Below are positions 44,244-56,200 of a stretch of 64,000 bases of DNA, piece after piece. The position numbers and the translations under genes were made by a program. The stretch lies in contig NIVC01001203.1 of NCBI GenBank assembly GCA_002269645.1, forward strand, positions 1 through 64,000, in the 5' to 3' direction. The notes under the pieces are model-generated. The model did no database searches. It worked only from the letters and a program-made list of their open reading frames with translations, and was not told the origin of the DNA. Every line of letters begins with the position of its first letter. Position 1 is the first letter of the stretch. The DNA comes from Macrostomum lignano (lineage: Eukaryota).

Positions 44244-47200
44244 ATGGCTGAGGCTGTTAGGCCTGCCAAAAGCAAGGTAATTTTAAAATTTAATCGGCTC
44301 TTTATTCGTTAATTTAATATTCGAGATAATATTTTCTATCAAATAATTTCACTTCTTTTAGAAGCGCCATCAGAAGCAGCAACAGCCGCAGCAGCAAAAA
44401 GAGCCGCAAAAGCAACACCAATCATTGTCTGTAGACCAAGCGGACGATGTAACGGACATGCTGCTAGAAGCTGATGACATTGTGCAGCCACCGTTGGACT
44501 TGGCTAAGCTGGTGTCTTCTCAGCCATCCGATCTTCCAGAAGCAGAAGCAGCAGTAACAGCTTCTGATGATTCTGTTGTTGTTGCAGATTCTGAGCCTTC
44601 TGCAACTGAAGAAAGTCAGGAAGAACAAGCTCAAGGCGATGCAGAGCAGAGTGAGCACCCGCCAGAAGACACTGCTCAGCAGGAGCAGCAAGAATCGCAT
44701 CAGAATCAGGAAATTCTGGCGCAAGCAGACCCAGAGCCTGAAGCAGTTCAGCGGCCACCAATTGTTGCTGAAGCTGAAGTGTCGCCTCCTCCAGCGGCGC
44801 CTGCGACAGTTGCTGAACCTGCTGCAGTCGCCAGTCCCCTGACTGAGGCGCAGCTGCGGTCGCTGTATCACAATCCACTGCTAAACCACTTGGACTATGA
44901 GGTGCAGCAGTATTTGAATGTGAGTGCAATTGAGATCCATTGTGTGTGTGTTTGTGTTCCTTTTAGTGAATACTCCACATGTCAATTACTGTCAATTACT
45001 CTCAAAGATCATCAGGTGTTGAGCTGTTAATCATCCTCAAAGATCATCAGGTGTTGAGCTGTCAATCATCCTCAAAGATCATCAGGTGTTGAGCTGTCAA
45101 TCATCCTCAAAGATCATCAGGTGTTGAGCTGTTAATCATCCTTTAAGATCCTCAGGTTTTGAACTGTCAATCATCCTCAAAGATCCTTAGGTTTTGAACT
45201 GTCAATCATCCTCAAAGATCCTCAGGTTTTGAACTGTCAATCATCCTTAAAGATCCTCAGGTGTTGAGCTGTCAATCATCCTCAAAGATCCTCAGGTGTT
45301 GAGCTGTCAATCATCTTTAAAGATTCCCATGTGTTGAGCTGTCAATCATCCTCAAAGATCCTCAGCTGTTGAGCTGTCAATCACTCTCAAAGATCCTCAG
45401 CTGATGAGCTGTCAATCATCCTCAAAGATCCTCAGGTGTTGAGCTGTCAATCATCCTCAAAGATCCTCAGCTGTTGAGCTGTCAATCATTCTCAAAGATC
45501 CTCAGCTGTTGAGCTATCAATCATCCTCAACGATCATCAGGTGTTGAGGTGTCAATCATCCTCAACGATGATCAGGTGTTGAGGTGTCAATCATCCTCAA
45601 CGATCATCAGGTGTTGAGGTGTCAATCACTCTCAAAGATCCTCAGCTGATGAGCTGTCAATCATCCTCAAAGATCCTCAGGTGTTGAGGTGTCAATCATC
45701 CTCAAAGATCATCAGCTGTTGAGCTGTCAATCATCCTCAAAGATCCTCAGCTGTTGAGCTGTCAATCATCCTCAAAGATCCTCAGCTGTTGAGCTATCAA
45801 TCATCCTCAACGATCATCAGGTGTTGAGGTGTCAATCATCCTCAACGATGATCAGGTGTTGAGGTGTCAATCATCCTCAAAGATTCCTAGGTGTTGAGCT
45901 GTCAATCATCCTCAAAGATCCTCAGTTGTTGAGCTGTCAATCATCCTCAACGATCATCAGGTGTTGAGCTGTCAATCATCCTCATAGATTCCCAGGTCTT
46001 GAGGTGTCAATCATTCTTAAAAATTCTCAGATTCCAAATCGTCTTATCAGATGTCAATATCCCTATAATTAGTTCGCCAAACGCATCAATAATCTGTCTT
46101 CGGCAGGAAGCGGATACACAGGACTCGGAATTTCACGAGATGCTGAGCTCCTACTGCGTCGCCTGCAAGAAGCTGCGCCGATCCGAGGCCAACATTCGCC
46201 AATTGGAGTCCGACCTACGCGAGCTGCAAGACTCAGTGTGGCAATTATCTACTCAAACTCAATCAGTTGAAGGCAAATGTCAGGACGGTGTTAAAGTGTC
46301 CACTGAATTTCGCTATGATGTTGCCGAGTTCAAAGCCGAGGGGATGAAACGGCTTAGCGATAAGCTGGCTGCCGCTAGGCGGGAGTTGGAGAATGACGTT
46401 CCGTTGCATGGATACGACACCCAGAAATGGCGACTGCTCATCCAGTGCCATCTGCACAAGCTGGTGTCAGGCCTTCCTATGCTTGCTGAGACTCCGCCGT
46501 CTGCGCCTCCTGTTGGTGAGAGTCCCTGTGATATTCTTTGTCTGATCACCAGGTGTTTTGGGATATTCTTTCACTGATCCTCAGGTGTTTTGGGATATTC
46601 TGTGACTGATCCTCAGGTGTTTTGGGATATTCTTTGTCTGATCCCCAGGTGTTTTGGGATATTCTTTGACTGATCCTCAGGTGTTTTGGGATATTCTGTG
46701 ACTGATCCTCAGGTGTTTTGGGATATTCTTTGACTGATCCTCCGGTGTTTTGGGATATTCTTTGACTGATCCTCAGGTGTTTTGGGATATTCTGTGACTG
46801 ATCCTCAGGTGTTTTGGGATATTCTGTGACTGATCCTCAGGTGTTTTGGGATATTCTTTCACTGATCCTCAGGTGTTTTGGGATATTCTTTGACTGATCC
46901 TCAGGTGTTTTGGGATATTCTTTGACTGATCCTCAGGTGTTTTGGGATATTCTTTGACTGATCCTCAGGTGTTTTGGGATATTCTTTGACTGATCCTCAG
47001 GTGTTTTGGGATATTCTTTCACTGATCCTCAGGTGTTTTGGGATATTCTTTGACTGATCCTCAGGTGTTTTGGGATATTCTTTGACTGATCCCCAGGTGT
47101 TTTGGGATATTCTTTGACTGATCCTCAGGTGCTTTGGGATATTCTTTGACTGATCCTCAGGTGCTTTGGGATATTCTTTCACTGATCCTCAGGTGTTTTG

Positions 47201-50200
47201 GGATATTCTTTGACTGATCCCCAGGTGTTTTGGGATATTCTTTGACTGATCCTCAGGTGTTTTGGGATATTCTTTCACTGATCCTCAGGTGTTTTGGGAT
47301 ATTCTTTCACTGATCCTCAGGTGTTTTGGGATATTCTTTGACTGATCCCCAGGTGTTTTGGGATATTCTTTGACTGATCCCCAGGTGTTTATTTTTTTAG
47401 ATTCTTTAGCTGATCCCAGAAATTTTCGGGACTTTACAGACGGATCCCAGAAATTTTCGGGACTTTACAGACAGATCCCAGAAATTCTCGTCACTTTACA
47501 GACAGATCCCAGAAATTGTCGGGACTATACAGACAGGTTCCAGAAATTTTAGGGATTTTACAGACATCTCAGAAATTCTCGGGACTTTACAGACAGATCC
47601 CAGTAATTTTCGGGAATACGCTCCTCGTAGGTCCTACAAATAAACGTAGTTTTTTGTAATGTATTTTAAAAAGCGTTGTAAGTAAAATACGAGTAAAATA
47701 TAGCATTAATTCAACCCACCCACCCCCAACTCGCAGTCCTGCCCGACTATCCCAGATCAGATGGTCGCGCTCAAGCCGACGAAGTTCTCCGCCGCTGTCG
47801 CGTCCTGTTCCACTTCGCTCGCAAGCCGATACTGACCACTGATCAGGCCTTTCAAGACGATGTTCGGGCCTGGCTGATTGAACTTGGCGGCACTCTGCTG
47901 CGTTGCGCCACCTGGCGTGAACACCTGTACCTGCTGTGCGAGCTGCTCCGCTGTCCGCCTGGTGTCGGCGACTGGGGCGCCTGCTTGGTGCAGCTGCCGG
48001 CCGATCAGCTGATTGACTCTGCTAGCGGCAACGGCGGGTCATCGGCTGTTGCTGCTGCGGATCTGTGTCTGGCTGCACTGCAGCTTATTGTGTGCCCCGT
48101 GGCTGAGAGGGCCAGGTGAGAGGCGGGAAAGGTAGAGACTTATTTAGAAGTGATGTTTTAAGGGTTTTAGTTCGAAATTTATGGGTGAGATTCGTTTTTT
48201 ATTTCAAGTAAAATCGTTCTTATTTAGAGGTGAGATTCGTTTCAATTTAGGGATGAGATTCGTTCCATTCAAAGGTACGGTTCGTTCTTAGTTTAGGTGA
48301 GGTTCGTTTTAATTTTGGGCTGAGATTCGTTCCTATTTAGGGGTGAGATTCGTTTCAATTAAGGGTGAGGTTTGTTTTAATTTAGGAGTGAGATTCGTTC
48401 TAATTTAGAAACAGATTCTTTCCTTTTTAGAGGTGAAATTCATTCTAATTTAGGGATGAGAATGTTCCAATTTAGGGTGAGATTCGTTCCAATTTAGGGG
48501 TGAGATTCGTTCCAATTTAGAAGTGAGATTCGTTCCAATTTAGAAGTGAGATTCGTTCCAATTTAGGGGTGAGATTCGTTCCAATTCAGGGGTGAGATTC
48601 GCTTCGATTTAGGGTGAGATTCGTTCCAATCTAAGGGTGAGATTCGTTCTGATTTAGGGTAAAATTCGTTCCAATTTAGGGGTGATATGAGAAGATTCTT
48701 TCCGATTTAGGGTGAGATTCGTTCCAATCTAAGGGTGAGATTCGTTCCAATTTAGAGTAAGATTCTTTTTGTTTAGGGGTGAGGTTTGTTTTTAGTTTAG
48801 GATGAGAATCTTTCCCATTTAGGGATGAGATTCGTTCCAACTTATAAGAAAGCGGGGAGATTCGTCCTGACTTCACCACTCCTCCCCATCGCCCCCAGGT
48901 TCATGGCCCCATTCGAGGCCCTGGACAGCCTCCCAGCGGGAGAGCAGCCGCAACATCAACAGCAGCAGCAACAGGACGACTCTTCCAGATGGATTTTCGT
49001 TGACGAAGAAGGCGAAGCCTACGACAACCAGAGGGACGCCCTGACGGAGCTGCGGGATACCGACCTGCTAGCGTTGCTGTCTCAGCTACCGCTGCACTCC
49101 CTGCTCAGATCCCTATTCGCTTCTGCAGGGGATAATTCTCCCCAAGTGCCGTTGCCTAAGCTACTAGCTTTTGTCAACAGTTTCGTATCCATTGCCGAGT
49201 TGGGATTCGATTCGTTGAAACAGGCAGCTAGATATCGATTAGTCAGTCGCTGGCTGGGTCACGTGATACGCCAGGCTCTTGTTCTGCTGTCTGATAGATT
49301 TCTAGCGGAGTCAACTGTGAACTACCAGCCACAGCAGTGGGCTACCATGTCGGCCACAATGGAACGGGTGTTCCTACGCTGTGTTAGAGCACTTCTCAGC
49401 GCTGGGAGGCACGGCAGCTGGCAATATCTCACCGAGTTGCCTCTGGACTGTCTGTCTGGTCAGTGCAAATTGAGCCTGATCAATACCCTGCTGCAGGACT
49501 GCGGTCTGATTGAATTGGAGTCCAGATTGACAGCTTTGTCACCGTCTGAGGCTATCTATCTGCTTACTAGTTTGAGCAATGTAGCTTGTCAGTGTGACGC
49601 TTCAGTGCCGGACCAGAGAAACCTGCTGCTAAGCATCACGGATGAGATATTTAATCTGGCATTCGTTCGTGAGCACACCAGAGATCTGTGCGGTAAAGTT
49701 GGATGCGAACTGCTCACTTCTATAGGATTGAGGCACCCGCTAGTGCTCAGGGAGATGCTGGATTATGTGGATCGGGCTAAACTCGATATGGTCTTTGGGG
49801 TGAGTATAACAGGTCATGCTAAATTCCGCTCATTGTATTCTTCTGTGTTTGTCATATTTTACACCTGAAAAAATTGTCGTTTAAAATTTTGTCCTGTGAG
49901 GTTGGATGACTCAATTTGTTCATAGCTTTATATGCTTCTATGCTTTATAAACGGTTATAGGCTAATAGGTCTGTGTATTAAAACTGGTCATAGCCCTCTG
50001 TGTTAAAACTGGTCATAGCCCTCTGTGTTAAAACTGGTCATAGACCTCTGTGTGTTAAAACTGGTCATAGCCCTCTGTTAAAACTGGTCATAGCCCTCTG
50101 TGTGTTAAAACTGGTCATAGCCCTCTGTGTGTTAAAACTGGTCATAGCCCTCTGTGTGTTAAAACTGGTCATAGCCATCTGTGTGTTAAAACTGGTCATA

Positions 50201-53200
50201 GCCCTCTGTGTGTTAAAACTGGTCATAGCCCTCTGTGTTAAAACTGGTCATAGCCCTCTGTGTTAAAACTGGTCATAGACCTCTGTGTGTTAAAACTGGT
50301 CATAGCCCTCTGTTAAAACTGGTCATAGCCCTCTGTGTTAAAACTGGTCATAGCCCTCTGTTAAAACTGGTCATAGCCCTCTGTTAAAACTGGTCATAGC
50401 CCTCTGTGTGTTAAAACTGGTCATAGCCATCTGTGTGTTAAAACTGGTCATAGCCCTCTGTGTGTTAAAACTGGTCATAGCCCTCTGTGTGTTCTCCGTG
50501 TTTTATAACTAGTTATAGCCCATCATATTTTCAAACTGGTCATAGCCTTCTTGATTAATTAGACAGGTAATATTCTTGTGGCTGTCATCATTAACAGGTC
50601 TATGATATTGCTGCTCTCGAAAAATAGTTGATCATTTAAATATTGTAATTATCGATTCGTAATATTTTCTGATCATCAACATTTTAAAATTTTGTTATTC
50701 TAATTTACGATCGCTGCTGTCAGGTGCTGGAAACGTCGGATCCAAATGCTAGCAAGGTAAACCCATGTCAATTAATTCAATAATTACTCAATTATCGTTG
50801 AATCTTATACAGTACAATACTAACTTGATAATGTAGTATTTTAATATATTGATCGAGTTTTTTGTTGTGTTAATTAATATCTATCCTTTATTAATTTAGT
50901 TATCGACGTTTCGCTTCTCCGGTTTTTTGGGTTGTGTACTTTTATATTTATGATATATTTATAAACTCTCTGGTTTGATAAAATCTCTAAACCAGTTAAA
51001 TTTCTTGTACATACGTGTGTGCTGGTTTTCTATCAGATCTAAACTCAGGATGGCAACAATAAAAATAATAAGGGGAGTTGTAGCCTAGTGGTTAGAGCGT
51101 CGGACACACGACTGAAAGGTCGGGGGTTCGATTCTGGACCTAACTCGGAACAATCTGTGTCCTTGAGCAAGACACTTAACTCTGGGATAATTGAGGGTGT
51201 GAATGGTGACCCCCCCCCCAGTCATTGGACTGACAGCCGTACGCAGCCTTCAGATGTGCCACGCAATAGCTGCGGCTGAGCTGTCGGTTGCACATCTGGC
51301 CCAGTTGAGGCAGGTGTAATCAATGATCATTATTAGCTTGTAAAAAAACAGGATGATAAAATCTACGATCAAAATTGGTTGTGTCATGACATAATAAACA
51401 GATTTATCATGTCTACTGATTTCAGGACGTGCTCAGCCTATTCAAGGATCTGCCATTTCAAACATTTGTGCCAGACAAGGCACTGCTCACTCGGTTTCTG
51501 CACTGGCTGACCTTGTATCCGTTGAAGTCGCTTCGGAGCTGCATCGCTAGGCTGGTGCTGGACGGGTTCAACTGGTCTGTGGATTTTAATGTGAGTTCTG
51601 CTTCTTTTTAGTGTTTTTTTTTCTTGGAAGCTTTTTTAACATCAGGCTATAATATTTATGCAGTACACTTTAGTAACATTTTTCGGTAGGTTGCTAGGAA
51701 ATGATGCTTGTGATTTTATAGAATTTCATTTATTATTTGTTCTTTGAATTTTCCTAATGCATTATTTTTGTCCTATTGAGTTTATTTTTTATATTAAAGA
51801 CTCATCAATTTCCAAGAATCCCTGTCGACCTATTTATTTATTTATTTCTAAGACTCCTTGTCGATCTATTTATTTATTGATTTCTAAAAATCCTTGTTGA
51901 CCTATTTATTTATTTATTTCTAAGAATCCCTGTCGACCTATTTATTTGTTGATTTCTAAGAATCCTTACCGATCTATTCATTTATTGATTTCTAAGAATC
52001 CTTGTCAACCTATTTATTTGTTGATTTCTAAGAATCCTTGTCGATCTATTTATTTATTGATTTCTAAAAATCCTTGTTGACCTATTTATTTATTGATTTC
52101 TAAGAATCCTTACCGACCTATTTATTTATTGATTTCTAAGATTCCTTGTCGACCTATTTATTTATTGATTTCTAAGAATCCTTACCGACCTATTTATTTA
52201 TTGATTTCTAAGATTCCTTGTCGACCTATTTATTTGTTGATTTCTAAGAATCCTTGTCGACCTATTTATTTATTGATTTCTAAGAATCCTTGTCGACCTA
52301 TTTATTTATTGATTTCTAAGAATCCTTGTCGATCTATTTATTTGTTGATTTCTAAGAATCCTTGTCGACCTATTTATTTGTTGATTTCTAAGAATCCTTG
52401 TCGACCTATTTATTTATTGATTTCTAAGAATCCTTGTCGATCTGTTTATTTATTGATTTCTAAGAATCCTTGTCCACCAATTCGTTCAGGATACAGAAAT
52501 CAATCACACCAATGCTTATACAATGCAATTTAATTTAATTTAGTTTTCCTGCAAAATTCGCTACATAGTACATACTCTTTTGCTACTATAAGTAGGAGTT
52601 CAAGCATGCTACTACTAAACATTTTTTGCACCTGAAAAACTACCAAATACAGAATCCGGCAGTGCTATTCCTACCGCACGAGACTCATGTAGAAGTGGCC
52701 CTGATTCTGGTTCAAGCCAGTCAGCAGCTGTTCTCCAATAAATCCTTTGCCCAGCAACTCCGCTCCGGCGGTATCAACGCCTTCCCGCCTCAGTCAGTGG
52801 AGGAGCGATTCTATCTTTGGTGCGTGAATTTGATGGCCCGACTCCGGTTGCACCTGACCAGCCTGCCGACTTTGAATGCTCACGCTGCTGCTGCCGAGCT
52901 GCGGCCTGACCGGGTCGATCCGCAGTCTGCACTGTTTCGCGGCCTGCTCAAAGAGGGCCTGGAAGCTGACAACCCGGTGGCTGTTTATGCTGCCCTGGTC
53001 ATGACTCGACTCGGGAATAATACTGGTGAGGCAATTGCCTGTGTGAGCTTTTATGTTGAGTCTTCAGAATGTTTCCTAGTTTTCTTTGAGGTTTTTTTAG
53101 TTTCACAGGCTCTTATTTAGAATCTTTGAGCTTCAGATTCTTTTCCTGAGCTTCAGGGTCTGTTCATGAGCTTCAGGATCTTTTTCATGATCTTTTCAGG

Positions 53201-56200
53201 AGCTTCAGGATCTTTTCCTGAGATTCAAAATCTTTTTCAGGAGCTTCAGGATCTTTTCCTGAGATTCAAGATCTTTTTTAGGAGCTTCAGGATCTTTTCC
53301 TGAGCTTCAGGATCTTTTCCTGAGATTCAAGATCTTTTTCAGGAGCTTCAGGATCTTTTCCTGAGCTTCAAGATCTTTTTCAGGAGCTTCAGGATCTTTT
53401 CCTAAGTTTCAGGATCTTTTTATTAGCTTCAGGATCCTTGTATAAGCTTCAGGTCGATCGTCTCTTGAGCTCCAAGATCTTTCATGAGCTTCAGGATCTT
53501 TTCCCTGAGCTTCAGGATCTTTTCCCTGAGCTTCAGGATCTTTTCCCTGAGCTTCAGGATCTTTTCCCTGAGCTTCAGGATCTTTTCCTGAGCTTCAGGA
53601 TCTTTTCCCTGAGCTTCAGGATGTTTTCCTGAGCTTCAGCATGTTATTCTGAGCTTCAGGATCTAACCTTTCAGTTTCGTACATTTAAAGTTTCTTAGCT
53701 TTATTTTATGAAGCGCATAAACTGTATGAAATATTAATATTTAAACTTAAATTCCAAAGCTGAATAATTTGATCTTCAATCACTGCAGGCGAGCTCCTGT
53801 CAACCGGCCTGACCCACCTGACCAGCCTGTGCCGATTGAAGCAGACCCGATTAGCTCTGGAGTTTCTCGGCCAGGCAGCTGCTATGCTCACTCCTACTGA
53901 GCCGGCCACACTCTACTCAAACCCCACTGCTCACTCTGCTCTGGCCACCCTAGCCATGTGCGATGATGCCTGGTGGAACCAGCACCGGGTACCCGGCGGG
54001 CAGCGCACCTTTCCCGGCCCGAATCTCCGCTTGATTGGTTCCGCTTTGCTGGGCTCTCCGGCTGGCATTGAGCCTTGGCTGAGAAGTCTGCTGCTGCAGG
54101 TGAGGCATCATTCATCTCTACCTGTATTGTTTTGTCCGAGAATATCCTACCTGAGAACCTCAGAATCGCCTCTCAATAACCCTAATAATTCCCCCGAAAC
54201 AACCCTGAGAATCGGCCCTCAACTGCCATGGGAATCGCCCTTCAACAGCCCTGAGAATCGCCCCTCAACAACCCTGAGAATCGCTCCTCAACAGCCCTGA
54301 GAATCGCCCTTGAAAAACACTAAGAATCGCCCCTCAATAGCCCTGAGAATCGCCCCTCAACAGCCCTGAGAATCGACCCTTAACAGCCCTGAGAATTGGC
54401 CCTCAACAACCCTGAGATTCGCTCCTCAACAGCCCTGAGAATCGCCCCTCAACAACCCTGAGAATCGCCCTTAAACAGCCCTGAGAATCGCCCCTCAACA
54501 GCCCTGAGAATCGCCCCTCAACAGCCCTGAAAATCGCCCTTCAACAGCCCTGAGAATCGCCCCTCAACAACACTGAGAATCGCCCCTCAACAACACTGAG
54601 AATTGCCCTTCAACAGCCTTGAGAAACGCCCCTCAGCAACCCTGAGAATTGCCCTTCAGCAACCCTGAGAATCGCCCTTCAGCAACCCTGAGAATCGCCC
54701 CTCAGCAACCCTGAGAATCGCCCCTCAGTAACCCTGAGAATCGCCCTTCAGCAACCCTGAGAATCGCCCTTCAGCAACACTGAGAATCGCCCCTCAGTAA
54801 CCCTGAGAATCGCCCTTCAGCAACCCTGAGAATCGCCCTTCAGCAACCCTGAGAATCGCCCCTCAGCAACCCTGAGAATCGCCCCTCAGCAACCCTGAGA
54901 ATCGCCCCTTAACAACCCTGAGAATCGCCGCTCAGCAACCCTGAGAATCGCCCTTCAGCAACCCTGAGAATCGCCCCTCAGCAACCCTGAGAATCGCCTT
55001 TCAGCAACCCTGAGAATCGCCCTTCAGCAACACTGAGAATCGCCCCTCAGTAACCCTGAGAATCGCCCTTCAGCAACCCTGAGAATCGCCCCTCAACAAC
55101 CCTGAAAATCGCCGCTCAGCAACCCTGAGAATCGCCCCTCAGCAACCCTGAGAATCGCCCTTCAGCAACCCTGAGAATCGCCCCTCAACAACCCTGAGAA
55201 TCGCCCCTCAACAACCCTGAAAATCGCCCTTCAGCAACCCTGAGAATCGCCCTTCAGCAACACTGAGAATCGCCCCTCAGTAACCCTGAGAATCGCCCTT
55301 CAGCAACCCTGAGAATCGCCCCTCAACAACCCTGAAAATCGCCGCTCAGCAACCCTGAGAATCGCCCCTCAGCAACCCTGAGAATCGCCCTTCAGCAACC
55401 CTGAGAATCGCCCCTCAACAACCCTGAGAATCGCCCCTCAACAACCCTGAAAATCGCCCCTCAACAACCCTGAGAATCGCCCTTCAGCAACCCTGAGAAT
55501 CGCCCCTCAGCAATCCAGAGAATCGCCCCTCAGCAACCCTGAGAATCGCCCTTCAGCAACCCTGAGAATCGCCCCTCAGCCACCCTGAGAATCGCCCCTC
55601 AGCAACCCAGAGAATCGCCCCTCAGCAACCCTGAGAATCGCCCTTCAACAACCCTGAGAATCGCCACTCAGCAACCCTGAGAATCGCCCCTCAGCAACCC
55701 TGAGAATCGCCCCTCAACAACCCTAAGAATCGCCCCTCAGCAACCCTGAGAATCGCCCCTCAGTAACCCTGAGAATCGCCCTTCAGCAACCCTGAGAATC
55801 GCCCCTCAGCTACCCTGAGAATCGCCCCTCAACAACCCTAAGAATCGCCCCTCAACAACCCTGAGAATCGCCCCTCAACAACCCTTAGAATCGCCTCTCA
55901 ACAACCCTAAGAATCGCCCCTCAACAACCCTAAGAATCGCCTCTCAACAACCCTAAGAATCGCCCCTCAGCAACCCTGAGAATCGCCCCTCAGCAACCCT
56001 GAGAATCGCCACTCACTCGACCCCACAGGCCCCAGCGTGTCTGCAGAACCGCGGTGTGCTGTACCTGATCGACCGCCTGTGCTGTCAGGCAGTGGTACTG
56101 GACGCGATTGCAGCCCAGCAACCGCAGCAGCAGCAGCAGCAGCAAGGCTTCGACACGATGCTTAGTTGTATCCGCTCGGCTTGCCAAGCATTCAACAACG

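Noticed and set aside
51072-51150. tRNA gene (also 26680-26752 on the minus strand)
   Set aside because: The T-arm and acceptor stem pair poorly, and the sequence continues directly into the SINE body.
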